In this document: positions 19,666 through 29,811 of the stretch, in pieces
How positions within the stretch are numbered: the first letter of the stretch is position 1
How the letters are laid out: the number at the start of each line of letters is the position of its first letter
NCBI GenBank assembly: GCA_902620265.1
Contig: CACNHI010000001.1
Coordinates: forward strand, 1-57,545
Direction of reading: 5' to 3'
From: an uncultured Pelagibacteraceae bacterium
Lineage (GTDB): Bacteria > Pseudomonadota > Alphaproteobacteria > Pelagibacterales > Pelagibacteraceae
DNA: 57,545 bases
Translations under genes and position numbers: made by a program
Notes under the pieces: model-generated
The model's database searches: none
The model's input: only the letters and a program-made list of their open reading frames with translations
Told to the model about the DNA's origin: nothing

Positions 19666-19705
19666 AATCTATAGGTTTGTCGTTTATAGTTCAATAATTT
19701 AAAAA
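19666..19705. promoter_or_regulatory. Putative overlapping divergent promoters for tpiA and ppiD
   Basis: - strand TTGAAC-N17-TAGATT (19694-19666); + strand TTGTCG-N17-TAAAAA (19677-19705). Confidence 0.35.
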
Positions 19706-19710
19706 AAACG

Positions 19711-21138
19711 ATGTTAAATAGTATTAGAAATTTTTCAAAAACGATAACTGCAAAAATATTCTTATTTATAGTTGCAGTACCTTTTGTCTTTTGGGGTATG
19801 GGTGATATATTTACGAGTGGAAATACAAATTCATTAGCAAAAGTTAATAATGAAAATATATCAACAGAGGATTTTATTGATCATATAAATGAATTAAATA
19901 TTAATCAAAACTTAATAAAGGATAGATTGGAAGACAATATTTTGGAAGAAGTTCTAAGCAGATTAATATCAAATAAATTAATTGAACTTGAAATAAAAGA
20001 AGCAAATTTAATTATATCTGATAAAATTCTAGCAGAAAAAATAAAAACAAACTCAAATTTTTTAGATGAAAATTTAAATTTTTCTAGAACAAAATATGAA
20101 AAATTTTTACTTTCAAACAATCTTACAGCAATTCGGTTTGAGAAAAATTTTAAAGAAAATGAATTTCAGGAAGAACTATTTAATTATTTAGGTGGAGGAA
20201 TTAAATCACCTAATTTTTTAGTAAATAATTCCTATGAAGACGAAACTAAAAAAATTAACATAGAATTTATTAATCTTGAAAACATTTATTCAAAAAAAGA
20301 AAATATCAATAATGATGATGTTAAAAATTATATTAATAAAAATAAAGAAAAACTTAAAAAGGATTACATAGATTTTTCTTATTCAAAAGTAACTCCAAAA
20401 GATTTGATAGGTCTAGACGAATATAATGATGAATTTTTTACAAAAATAGATGAAATCGAAAGTAAATTATTAAATAATGTAAGTTTTAAAAATACGATTC
20501 AAACATATGATTTGAAAAGTATATCAAAAAATAACTTTATTCCGCAATCTGATAAAGAAACATTTGAAACTAAAATTTATAATCTTAGAAACAATGAAAA
20601 GTCTGGTATTATTGACGAAAGCGATTTTTTTGTAATTTATGAAATTACAAAAATTGAAAATAAAATTCCAAACGTAGACAATAGTAATTTTGTAAAACAG
20701 GTCAAACAATTTATATTTAATAAGAATAAATTTGAATTTAATAAAAAAATCTTAAAAAAAATTAATAATAATAATTTTTTTAATAGTGATTTTAATAAAT
20801 TAGTCTCAGGAAAAAACAAAATTGAGAAAATGCTAATTAAATCAAAGAATGATGTAGAAAAATTTAGCTCAGAATCACTAGAGGTCATTTACTCTCTTCC
20901 AATTAAAAGCTTCGCATTGGTTGCGGACAATAAGAAAAATGTTTATTTAGTAAAAATTCTAAATCATAAAGTAGATAAAATCCTTGATAATGATGAACTT
21001 AAAAATATTTATTATATTGAAGCAAATAATTTAATAAAAGATAAAATATTTCAAACTTATGATGTTTATTTAAATTCTAAATATACAATCAAAATAAATG
21101 AAAAAACTCTTGAAAGAGTAAAAAACTATTTTAGATAA
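19711..21138 (+). CDS. ppiD: PpiD-like periplasmic chaperone (SurA N-terminal domain)
   Basis: N-terminal anchor PFVFWGMGD, AKVNNENIS, F..Y..FL motif; tpiA(-)/ppiD-trpE synteny; no clear parvulin motif. Confidence 0.75.
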   Translation: MLNSIRNFSKTITAKIFLFIVAVPFVFWGMGDIFTSGNTNSLAKVNNENISTEDFIDHINELNINQNLIKDRLEDNILEEVLSRLISNKLIELEIKEANLIISDKILAEKIKTNSNFLDENLNFSRTKYEKFLLSNNLTAIRFEKNFKENEFQEELFNYLGGGIKSPNFLVNNSYEDETKKINIEFINLENIYSKKENINNDDVKNYINKNKEKLKKDYIDFSYSKVTPKDLIGLDEYNDEFFTKIDEIESKLLNNVSFKNTIQTYDLKSISKNNFIPQSDKETFETKIYNLRNNEKSGIIDESDFFVIYEITKIENKIPNVDNSNFVKQVKQFIFNKNKFEFNKKILKKINNNNFFNSDFNKLVSGKNKIEKMLIKSKNDVEKFSSESLEVIYSLPIKSFALVADNKKNVYLVKILNHKVDKILDNDELKNIYYIEANNLIKDKIFQTYDVYLNSKYTIKINEKTLERVKNYFR

Positions 21139-22592
21139 TGTTAAACAGAAGCTATAAACAATTTAAGTTTCTACATCAAAATAAAGTAAATCAAGTTTTA
21201 TATTTAGAAAAAAAATTAAATAATAATAATCAAATATTAAATCTTATCGACAATTTTTTAAATGAAAAGAATAGTTTTATATTTGAGTCAGTTGAAAAAG
21301 GGGCAAAAGGAAGATATACAATTTTTGGGAAAAAACCTGATAAAATTTGGGAATTTAATAACAATAAATCCTTTAGAATTCAGAATAAAAAAAAAATTCC
21401 TATTAAAGGTAAACCACAGTTTATTATTGAAAATATTTTAGAAAATTTTAAATTTAAAACTCCGACAAAACTTCCTCCAATTTGCTCATTAATTTCTGGG
21501 TATTTTTCGTACGATACGATCAGATACGTAGAAAAAATCCCAAATAACTGTAAAGACGATTTAAAAATGCCTGATGTAAGACTTCTAAGACCAACAGTTT
21601 TAATAATACACGATAATCTAAAAAAGAAAATTTTTTACATAGTTAATGTGTTCAAAGACCAAAGTATCCAAAATTATAAAAAAAAGTACGACGATATTAA
21701 AAACCAAATTAACTTTATGATTCACCAATCTAAATTAAGTTTGAATTTCCCTTATAGATCCAAATATGAGAAAAAAATAAAAGTATATTCAAATACCACT
21801 AAATCTCAGTATTTAAATATGGTAAAAAAGGCTAAAAAATTTATTAAGATTGGAGATATTTTTCAAGTTGTACTGAGTCAGAGATTTGAGGCAAAACTTA
21901 CAAAAAAGCCTATAGATATTTACAAAAAACTTAGAATATCAAATCCTTCTCCTTTTATGTTTTTTTTTAACTTTAATGACTTTCAAATAATAGGAGCTAG
22001 CCCCGAAATTTTAGTTAGATTACGTAAAAACATTATTACTATAAGACCAATTGCTGGGACTCGCCCTAGAGGAAAAACAAAGAAGCAAGATAATTTTTAT
22101 AAAAAAGATCTTCTAAAGGATAAAAAAGAACTCGCTGAGCATTTAATGTTGTTAGATTTAGGAAGAAATGATGTTGGTAAAGTAGCTAAAATTAATACTG
22201 TGAAAGTTACTGAAAAATTTTTAATTGAAAAATATTCACATGTTATGCATATTGTTTCAAATGTTGAAGGAATTCACGATAAAAGTCTCTCAAAATTAAA
22301 TTCACTCTTAGCCGGATTTCCAGCCGGAACAGTTTCTGGGGCTCCAAAGATTAGGGCAATGGAAATTATTGATGAATTAGAAAAATCAAAAAGAAAAGTT
22401 TATGCTGGTGGAATTGGGTATTTTTCTTCAAATGGTGATTTTGATACTTGTATAGCTTTAAGAACAGCGGTCACAAAAAAAAACAAATTTTATGTTCAGG
22501 CAGGTGCAGGAATTGTTGCTGATAGTAAACCGAATAATGAATATAAGGAAACGGTAAATAAAGCCAAAGCATTAATTAGTGCATTAAAATAA
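21138..22592 (+). CDS. trpE: Anthranilate synthase component I
   Basis: NPSPFM, PIAGTRPRG, AEHLMLLDLGRND, GTVSGAPK, QAGAGIVADS. Confidence 0.96.
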   Translation: MLNRSYKQFKFLHQNKVNQVLYLEKKLNNNNQILNLIDNFLNEKNSFIFESVEKGAKGRYTIFGKKPDKIWEFNNNKSFRIQNKKKIPIKGKPQFIIENILENFKFKTPTKLPPICSLISGYFSYDTIRYVEKIPNNCKDDLKMPDVRLLRPTVLIIHDNLKKKIFYIVNVFKDQSIQNYKKKYDDIKNQINFMIHQSKLSLNFPYRSKYEKKIKVYSNTTKSQYLNMVKKAKKFIKIGDIFQVVLSQRFEAKLTKKPIDIYKKLRISNPSPFMFFFNFNDFQIIGASPEILVRLRKNIITIRPIAGTRPRGKTKKQDNFYKKDLLKDKKELAEHLMLLDLGRNDVGKVAKINTVKVTEKFLIEKYSHVMHIVSNVEGIHDKSLSKLNSLLAGFPAGTVSGAPKIRAMEIIDELEKSKRKVYAGGIGYFSSNGDFDTCIALRTAVTKKNKFYVQAGAGIVADSKPNNEYKETVNKAKALISALK

Positions 22593-23164
22593 TGAAAATA
22601 ATATTAATTGATAATTATGATAGTTTTACCTTCAATTTATTTCACTATTTATCCTCTTTGAAAATTAATGTTGATGTAATTAGAAATGATAAAATTAATT
22701 CAAATCAAATATTAAAAAAAAAATATAACGGTATAGTTATTTCTCCTGGTCCTGGAAATCCAAATCAAGCTGGAAATTGTATCAATATAGTAAGATCTCT
22801 TTATAAGAAAATTCCAATTTTTGGAGTATGTTTAGGTCATCAAATAATTGGTCAAGTATTTGGATCAAGGATAATCCAAGCAAAAAAACTTATGCACGGG
22901 AAAACTAGTGAAATATTATCAAATAGAACAGGTGTTTTAAAAAATCTGCCTAGAAAATTTGAAGCTACTAGATATCATAGTTTAATAATTGATAAAAAAA
23001 CCTTATCAAAAGATCTTTTAATAACTGCTGAAACTGAAGATGGTCTTATAATGGGAATTAAACACAAAAAATACAATGTGCATGGTGTACAATTTCATCC
23101 AGAAAGTATTAAAACTAAATTAGGAATTAAAATTTTAAAAAATTTTGTTAAATTTAAAAAATAA
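22592..23164 (+). CDS. trpG: Anthranilate synthase component II (glutamine amidotransferase)
   Basis: IDNYDSFT, SPGPG, GVCLGHQ, QFHPES. Confidence 0.95.
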   Translation: MKIILIDNYDSFTFNLFHYLSSLKINVDVIRNDKINSNQILKKKYNGIVISPGPGNPNQAGNCINIVRSLYKKIPIFGVCLGHQIIGQVFGSRIIQAKKLMHGKTSEILSNRTGVLKNLPRKFEATRYHSLIIDKKTLSKDLLITAETEDGLIMGIKHKKYNVHGVQFHPESIKTKLGIKILKNFVKFKK

Positions 23165-24156
23165 TGAAAAATTATATTGAAAAAATTCAAAATAAACAAA
23201 GTCTTACGTTTGAAGAAAGTAAGTCTGCTTTTCAAATATTAATGGAAGGTAAAGCTAATGAAAATGAAATTTTTGATTTTTTGACTGGTTTGTCATCAAA
23301 GGGTGAAACATCAGATGAAATTGCTGGTGGCGTTTACGTATTGAGGAATAAATCAAAAAGGGTAAACGTCAAAAATTGTATAGATACATGCGGTACAGGT
23401 GGTGATGGGATGAATACTCTCAATATTTCAACAGCTTCTGCAATTCTTTTGGCAAGTCTGAATGTAAAAGTTGCTAAACACGGAAATAAAGCAGTTTCAT
23501 CAAAATGTGGATCGGGTGATGTATTAGAGGCTTTAAGTATAAATATAAATCTTGAACCAGAAAAAGTTGAGGAGCAAATAGATAAAAATAATTTTGGTTT
23601 TATGTTTGCACCTAATTATCATAGTGCAATGAGATTTGTGGGTCCTACAAGAAAAAAAATTGGAAAAAGAACGATATTTAATATGATTGGCCCATTAAGT
23701 AGTCCTGCTTTAGTAGATAGACAAATTGTGGGTGTTTTTGATAAAAAATTATTAAATATTTTTGCAAATGCTTTACAAAATTTAAAATTAAAGTTTGCTT
23801 GGATTGTTAATAGCGAGGATGGTCTAGACGAAATCTCACCATATGCAAAAACAAATATAGTTCAACTTAAAGATGGTGAAATTTCAGAAATCGTAATAGA
23901 TCCTAATCATTTAAATGTGAATGCTGATAATTTCAAAAATCTTATTGGTCAGGATTCAAAATTTAACTCTGAAAAAATTATTGAAATATTTAGAGGTATA
24001 GATAACGATTTCTCAAAAGCTGTATGTTTAAATGCAGCTGCTGGATTAATAGTTTCAGGAAAATATAAAGATTATGGAAAAGCTTACAAAATTGCTAGAG
24101 ATTTTATTAAATCAGGCTCTGCACATGATCATTTAATTAAAATACAAAATGGCTGA
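23164..24156 (+). CDS. trpD: Anthranilate phosphoribosyltransferase
   Basis: DTCGTGGDG, NIST, KHGN, GLDE. Confidence 0.97.
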   Translation: MKNYIEKIQNKQSLTFEESKSAFQILMEGKANENEIFDFLTGLSSKGETSDEIAGGVYVLRNKSKRVNVKNCIDTCGTGGDGMNTLNISTASAILLASLNVKVAKHGNKAVSSKCGSGDVLEALSININLEPEKVEEQIDKNNFGFMFAPNYHSAMRFVGPTRKKIGKRTIFNMIGPLSSPALVDRQIVGVFDKKLLNIFANALQNLKLKFAWIVNSEDGLDEISPYAKTNIVQLKDGEISEIVIDPNHLNVNADNFKNLIGQDSKFNSEKIIEIFRGIDNDFSKAVCLNAAAGLIVSGKYKDYGKAYKIARDFIKSGSAHDHLIKIQNG

Positions 24157-24943
24157 AAACATTCTTGAAAAAATAATCAAAAGAAAAACTATTAATATAG
24201 AGAAATTAAAAAAAACTCTAGATCAAAATAATTTAAGAGATTTGATTGAAAAAAATAGATCTTTTGTAGACTTTAAAAATAAAATTAATCAAAATATAAA
24301 AAATAATAAAATTTCTATAATTGCTGAAATTAAAAAAGCAAGTCCTTCAGCTGGTGTTATAATTGAGGATTACAATCCTTTAGAAATAGCAAATATATAC
24401 GATAAAAATAATGCATCATGTTTGTCTGTCTTAACTGAAGAAGAATTTTTTTTAGGTAAACTAGATCATATCCGTCAGATTAAACAAAAAATTAAACTGC
24501 CAATCCTTTGTAAGGATTTTTTTGTTGATAAATTCCAAATCCCTCTTGCTAAAAGTTATGGAGCAGATGCTATTTTAATTATTTTGGCTGGAGTAAAAGA
24601 AAATCTGGCTGACGAACTATATAATGAGGCACTCAAGCACAAAATGTCAATCATTGTTGAAGTTCATACGGTAGAGGAAGCTAAAAAAGCATTAAAATAT
24701 GAGGATGCTCTAATAGGTATTAACAACAGAAATCTTAAAACTCTAGAAACAAACATTAATACAACTTATGATATTCATGATGTTTTAATAAATCATAAAG
24801 GACCACTTATTTCTGAAAGTGGAATTAAAAATAAAGAGGAGCTATTAGAATTAAAAAGTAAAACTTCAATTAAAACTTTTTTAATCGGTGAATCACTTCT
24901 TAAAAATTTGAAAAATAATTCAATTTTTTCAGTTCTTTACTGA
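24149..24943 (+). CDS. trpC: Indole-3-glycerol phosphate synthase
   Basis: IAEIKKASPS, SVLTE, GINNRNL, SESG. Confidence 0.97.
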   Translation: MAENILEKIIKRKTINIEKLKKTLDQNNLRDLIEKNRSFVDFKNKINQNIKNNKISIIAEIKKASPSAGVIIEDYNPLEIANIYDKNNASCLSVLTEEEFFLGKLDHIRQIKQKIKLPILCKDFFVDKFQIPLAKSYGADAILIILAGVKENLADELYNEALKHKMSIIVEVHTVEEAKKALKYEDALIGINNRNLKTLETNINTTYDIHDVLINHKGPLISESGIKNKEELLELKSKTSIKTFLIGESLLKNLKNNSIFSVLY

Positions 24944-24989
24944 AATAATTCTTTATTTTCCTTGTTTTTTTACTATTGTTTAATTATAA

Positions 24990-25026
24990 GAACTTTTATA
25001 GAACATTATATGTACGATATTTGTTC
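24990..25026 (+). promoter_or_regulatory. Two alphaproteobacterial-type LexA (SOS) boxes upstream of lexA
   Basis: GAAC-TTTTATA-GAAC (24990-25004) and GTAC-GATATTT-GTTC (25012-25026) match the GTTC-N7-GTTC consensus or its complement; the first overlaps a candidate -10 (TTGTTT-N17-TAGAAC). Confidence 0.85.
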
Positions 25027-25028
25027 TT

Positions 25029-25706
25029 ATGCTTACTAAAAAACAAAAAAACTTATTACTTTTTATCAACAAAAAGTTGAGATCATCTGGAATTTCACCG
25101 TCTTATGAGGAAATGAAGGAATCGTTAAATTTGAAATCTAAATCAGGAATACATAGATTAATCAGCGCTTTAGAGGAAAGAGGCTTCATAAAAAGGCTTG
25201 CTCATAAAGCAAGAGCTTTAGAAGTTGTTAAATTGCCTGAAACAGCGTCTGCAAATGATATTTATAATAGCTTTTCACCAAGCGTAATAAAAGGTGGATT
25301 AGATGAAACGACGGATAAAAGAAATGGTTCAGAAATCCCTGTTTTAGGCAAAATTGCAGCAGGAACACCAGTTGAGGCAATTCAAAACGAAGTGGCAAGA
25401 ATTCCATTACCTGAAAATATAGAGAAAAAAGGTGAATATTTTGGATTGAAAGTTCAAGGCGACTCTATGATTGAGGCTGGTATCAATGATGGAGATACAG
25501 TTGTCATAAAAAAAACGAATACAGCTGATAATGGAAAAATTGTTGTTGCTTTAATAGATGATCATGAGGCAATGCTTAAAAGAATAAGAAGAAAAGGCAA
25601 AACAATAGCTTTAGAAAGTGCGAATAGAAATTACGAAACTAAAATATTTGGCACAGATAGAGTAAAAGTTCAAGGCGTGCTTGTATCTTTATATAGAAGT
25701 TTCTAA
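25029..25706 (+). CDS. lexA: LexA repressor
   Basis: PSYEEM, SKSGIHRL, RARA-like KARAL, IAAG cleavage site, GDSM serine, LKR lysine. Confidence 0.97.
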   Translation: MLTKKQKNLLLFINKKLRSSGISPSYEEMKESLNLKSKSGIHRLISALEERGFIKRLAHKARALEVVKLPETASANDIYNSFSPSVIKGGLDETTDKRNGSEIPVLGKIAAGTPVEAIQNEVARIPLPENIEKKGEYFGLKVQGDSMIEAGINDGDTVVIKKTNTADNGKIVVALIDDHEAMLKRIRRKGKTIALESANRNYETKIFGTDRVKVQGVLVSLYRSF

Positions 25707-25728
25707 ATAAATAGTCTAAAAATCTTAA

Positions 25729-27126
25729 ATGTCAAAAGTAGCAACAAGATTTGCTCCCTCTCCTACTGGTCCATTACATATTGGGGGAGTCAGAACCGCT
25801 TTATTTAATTGGTTATATTCCAAAAATCAAAATGGTAAATTCTATTTAAGAATAGAAGATACAGACAAAGAAAGATCTAAAGAAAAATATAAAGATCAAA
25901 TAATACAATCGCTTAAATGGATTGGTATAAATTATGATGGAGAAGAATATATTCAATCAGAGAAAGTAGACTATCACATAAAAATTGCAAATGAACTTCT
26001 TAAAAATGGTCATGCATATAAGTGTTATTGTTCAAGCGAAGAAATTGAGGAACAAAAAAAAAGAGCAAGACAAAAAAAAATTCCTTATATTTATGATAGA
26101 AAATGGAGAGATAAAAAAGAAGCTGATGCTCCAGAAGATATCAAGCCTGTTATAAGATTTAAAAGTAAGATTGATGGGACATCAATATTGAAAGATTTAG
26201 TTCAAGGTGATGTTGAAATTGAAAATAATACAATTGAGGATTTTGTTATTTTAAGAAATGATGGAACCCCTACATACAATTTATCAGCATCCGTGGATGA
26301 TCACCATATGAACATGACACATATTATTAGAGGTGATGACCATAAAATTAACACCTTCAAACAAATTCAAATTTATCAGGCTATGAAATGGAAATTACCT
26401 TCATTTGCTCATATACCATTGATACATACAATAGAAGGAAAAAAATTATCAAAACGAGATCAGGCTTCTACATTAAATGATTACTCCAAAATCGGAATTA
26501 TGCCAGATGCTCTTAGGAATTATCTTTTAAGACTAGGATGGTCTTATAAAGATAAAGAAATATTTACGTTAGAGCAAAGTATAAAATTTTTTAATTTAGA
26601 GGGCATTGGTAAATCTCCTTCCAAACTCGATATGAGTAGAATTTTATCAATGAATGAGCACTATATTAAAAACATTGATGAGAATGATTTATTTAATCAA
26701 TTAACTGAATATTGTAAATTATATAAAACTGAAATTAAATCTGATAAAAAAGATAAGATCAAAAGATCACTTACTTTTTTGAAAAATAAAGCAAAAACTT
26801 TAGAAGATATATTCAATAATGGTCAATATATTATAAAAGATGAGGTCAATTTTAATAAGGATGATATTAAATTAATTGACGATAAAGCAAGAAAAGTAAT
26901 TTCCGATTTTAATGCTCAATTTGAAAAAATAGATTTGCCTTCTCGAGAAATTTTAGAACCAATAATAAATGGGCTAATAAAATCACACGATACAAATTTT
27001 AAGGGTGTTGGACAACCATTAAGAATTGCCCTAACAGGTTCGAAGTTTGGACCTGGTATATATGATATAATTCTATCCTTAGGAAAAGAAGAAGTTCAAA
27101 AACGACTAAGTGCTAAGATAGCTTGA
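25729..27126 (+). CDS. gltX: Glutamate-tRNA ligase
   Basis: RFAPSPTG, HIGG, RIEDTD, KLSKR. Confidence 0.97.
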   Translation: MSKVATRFAPSPTGPLHIGGVRTALFNWLYSKNQNGKFYLRIEDTDKERSKEKYKDQIIQSLKWIGINYDGEEYIQSEKVDYHIKIANELLKNGHAYKCYCSSEEIEEQKKRARQKKIPYIYDRKWRDKKEADAPEDIKPVIRFKSKIDGTSILKDLVQGDVEIENNTIEDFVILRNDGTPTYNLSASVDDHHMNMTHIIRGDDHKINTFKQIQIYQAMKWKLPSFAHIPLIHTIEGKKLSKRDQASTLNDYSKIGIMPDALRNYLLRLGWSYKDKEIFTLEQSIKFFNLEGIGKSPSKLDMSRILSMNEHYIKNIDENDLFNQLTEYCKLYKTEIKSDKKDKIKRSLTFLKNKAKTLEDIFNNGQYIIKDEVNFNKDDIKLIDDKARKVISDFNAQFEKIDLPSREILEPIINGLIKSHDTNFKGVGQPLRIALTGSKFGPGIYDIILSLGKEEVQKRLSAKIA

Positions 27127-28242
27127 AACTACTTCTGAGGCTTCTGATGATGAAGAAGTTTTAGATTTGATCTCATTTAAAGTATTATTCACATCGAGAA
27201 TTTGTTTTTTCATAAGTTCGGGGTTTTTTAAGAAGTATATTACGGATCTAAAAATTTCTTTTGAATTACATTCTTTTTGAATTAATTCTGGAATTATTTC
27301 TTTTTGGTTAATTATATTAATTATATTTGCAAATTTTGTCTTAACTAAAAATTTTACAATAACAAAATTAATAAAATTCATTTTATAAATTATGATAGAT
27401 GGAACTTTTGCATTACAGATTTCAAGGGAAACAGTTCCAGATTTCGCCACAGCAAATACTGAGTTTGATAAGATTTTTGATTTTATATTTTCTTCTGATA
27501 TCACATCAACATTATCAAAATTTTTTTTTTTAATCGCGTCTTTTATCAAATCTTTATTTTGATCAGTTGCATGAAAAATAAAATTATATTCTTTAAATTT
27601 TTTATTCATTAATTTAATAAAATCTATTAAGATTGGTAAAAGAATGTTCGTTTCTGATGTTCGGCTTCCAGCAAATAAAGATATAATGTTTTTATTTTCA
27701 TCAATTATATTTGATAAATTTGTTTTAGCATTTTCTTTATTTTCGAGTAAAGGATGACCAACAAAAGTATTCTTGATACTTTCTTTATCAAAATATTTTT
27801 TTTCAAAATTAAATAATAATAAAACATGGTCTAAAAACTTTTTAAAATTCTTAACCCTACCCTCTCTCCATACCCATACTTGTGGTGCAACGTAATGTAT
27901 TGTTTTAATATTAGGATTGATACTTTTTACTTTTTCAGCAACTCTTAAAGTAAAATCTGGACTATCTACACTAAATAGAATATCGGGATTAAATTCAACT
28001 ATCTTTCTTACAGTTTCATTTATTTTGTTTCTGATTTTAAACAAATTTAAGATAACACTCGTAAATCCAATATAGGTTATCTCTTTAAGATCATATATTG
28101 ATTTCACCCCAAGTTTGTTTAAATGAGATCCTCCAACACTTAAATATTCTATATCAGAATGATTTTGTTGAAGTTTATCAATTACAGTTGATGCTAATTT
28201 GTCTCCTGAAGGTTCACCAGTTAATACAAAAATTTTTTTCAT
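27106..28242 (-). CDS. lpxB: Lipid-A-disaccharide synthase
   Basis: GEPSGD, DSPDF, YVAPQVWVWR, VGHP, SGTVSLE. Confidence 0.95.
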   Translation of the reverse strand: MKKIFVLTGEPSGDKLASTVIDKLQQNHSDIEYLSVGGSHLNKLGVKSIYDLKEITYIGFTSVILNLFKIRNKINETVRKIVEFNPDILFSVDSPDFTLRVAEKVKSINPNIKTIHYVAPQVWVWREGRVKNFKKFLDHVLLLFNFEKKYFDKESIKNTFVGHPLLENKENAKTNLSNIIDENKNIISLFAGSRTSETNILLPILIDFIKLMNKKFKEYNFIFHATDQNKDLIKDAIKKKNFDNVDVISEENIKSKILSNSVFAVAKSGTVSLEICNAKVPSIIIYKMNFINFVIVKFLVKTKFANIINIINQKEIIPELIQKECNSKEIFRSVIYFLKNPELMKKQILDVNNTLNEIKSKTSSSSEASEVVSSYLST

Positions 28243-29033
28243 TTGACTGAGATAAACATTTTATTTCTATTAGCAAAGCTAATACATTTTGTCTTGTCTA
28301 AGAATATATGTTGTTTACTTTTTACAACAATACCTTTTAAACCAGCTGACTTACTTTGTTTAAACGTTTTTAATCCAATGGTAGGTAAATCAACTCTAAG
28401 GTCTTGCTTTTTTTTGGGAAACTTAACTAATACACCATCATTTTGAAATATTTTATTTTTACTTTTTTCGAGTAATTTTTTTGTTCCACCTTTTCCTTCT
28501 ATGAAGACTACTTTTTTATTTCTGACTACTACACCTTGACTATAATTATACTGTTTTAAGCTTTTTAGAATTTTAATGGCCTTCTTAATGTCTAATTGAT
28601 CTTTATTGTTGGGCTTAATATTTGAATAATTACCCTTTTTAAGGGTTAGCTCTGGATTAAATTTAAGTGAATTTTCAGTTTTTATTTTATTTTGAGCTAG
28701 TATTTTTATGATTTCTTTCAATATTGCAGCATCTCCAAGCCTAGATGCTTTAATAATTCTAGGAATATAATAAATTCCTTTAATGTCTAACTTTAACTTA
28801 GAAAAGTTTGGTTTGTTAACTCTACCTGCAAATAAGACTTTTTTGCAACTATTTTCATTAAGAATTTTAATTATTTTTCCAAATTGACCAATAGATACTG
28901 AATAAGATCTACTATCTTTTTTAAATTTCTTTGATTTAGATAAATCAATTATCAAGTAATTTAGCTTTCTTTTCTTAATTGTTTTGAGTATTTTTTTTGG
29001 AAAATCTGTATCACCAAAAATTAATCCTATCAT
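28239..29033 (-). CDS. lpxI: UDP-2,3-diacylglucosamine hydrolase LpxI
   Basis: AGRVNKP, GDAAIL, QDLRVDLPTIG; lies between lpxA and lpxB. Confidence 0.88.
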   Translation of the reverse strand: MIGLIFGDTDFPKKILKTIKKRKLNYLIIDLSKSKKFKKDSRSYSVSIGQFGKIIKILNENSCKKVLFAGRVNKPNFSKLKLDIKGIYYIPRIIKASRLGDAAILKEIIKILAQNKIKTENSLKFNPELTLKKGNYSNIKPNNKDQLDIKKAIKILKSLKQYNYSQGVVVRNKKVVFIEGKGGTKKLLEKSKNKIFQNDGVLVKFPKKKQDLRVDLPTIGLKTFKQSKSAGLKGIVVKSKQHIFLDKTKCISFANRNKMFISVK

Positions 29034-29034
29034 C

Positions 29035-29811
29035 TTATGAAAATGGGGTACAAATAGACCTTTTTTTGTCCTTAGTTATAAATTCTATTACCTCTTTAAC
29101 CAATGGATTTTCGTGAAATGAGCCATTTAATTTACTTATATTCTCATTGACGTTTTTTGTAACAAAAATCTTCTTATACGCTTCACTTAAACCTAAAATA
29201 TCTTTATTTTCAAATTTTGCTCTTCTCAACCCTATTAAATTTAATCCTTGTAATGAATTTCTATTTCCTGTCGATAATCCAAAAGGGATAACATCGTGTA
29301 GAACGCCTGTCATTCCACCAATCATTGCCATTTTACCAATTCTTGTAAACTGTTGAACAGCAGAATTTCCACCTATAACTACATTATCTTCAATTATAGC
29401 ATGACCTCCTAGAGGCACATTGTTAGCTATAATAACATTATTACCGACATGGCAATCATGGGCAATATGAGATGAAATCATAAATAAACAATTATTTCCA
29501 ATTATTGTTTTACCTCCACCACCAATTGTTCCAGGATTTATAGTTACATATTCTCTTATTTTATTATTATCTCCGATAACTAAACTTGTTTCTTCACCTT
29601 TATATTTTAAGTCCTGTGGATCATTTATTGAGACAAATGGATAAATCTTATTCCCTTTTCCAATTTTAGTATTTCCAGTAATACTTACATGTGATTGAAT
29701 TTCTGTATTCTCTCCAATTTCTACATTTGGACCGATGATAGAATATGGTCCAACTTTAACACTCGAATGCACTTTGGCATCTTTATTAATTATGGCTGTT
29801 TTATCTATCAT
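29035..29811 (-). CDS. lpxA: UDP-N-acetylglucosamine acyltransferase
   Basis: Hexapeptide repeats, PQDLK, IREYVTI, HIAHDC, GLNLIGLRR. Confidence 0.96.
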   Translation of the reverse strand: MIDKTAIINKDAKVHSSVKVGPYSIIGPNVEIGENTEIQSHVSITGNTKIGKGNKIYPFVSINDPQDLKYKGEETSLVIGDNNKIREYVTINPGTIGGGGKTIIGNNCLFMISSHIAHDCHVGNNVIIANNVPLGGHAIIEDNVVIGGNSAVQQFTRIGKMAMIGGMTGVLHDVIPFGLSTGNRNSLQGLNLIGLRRAKFENKDILGLSEAYKKIFVTKNVNENISKLNGSFHENPLVKEVIEFITKDKKRSICTPFS

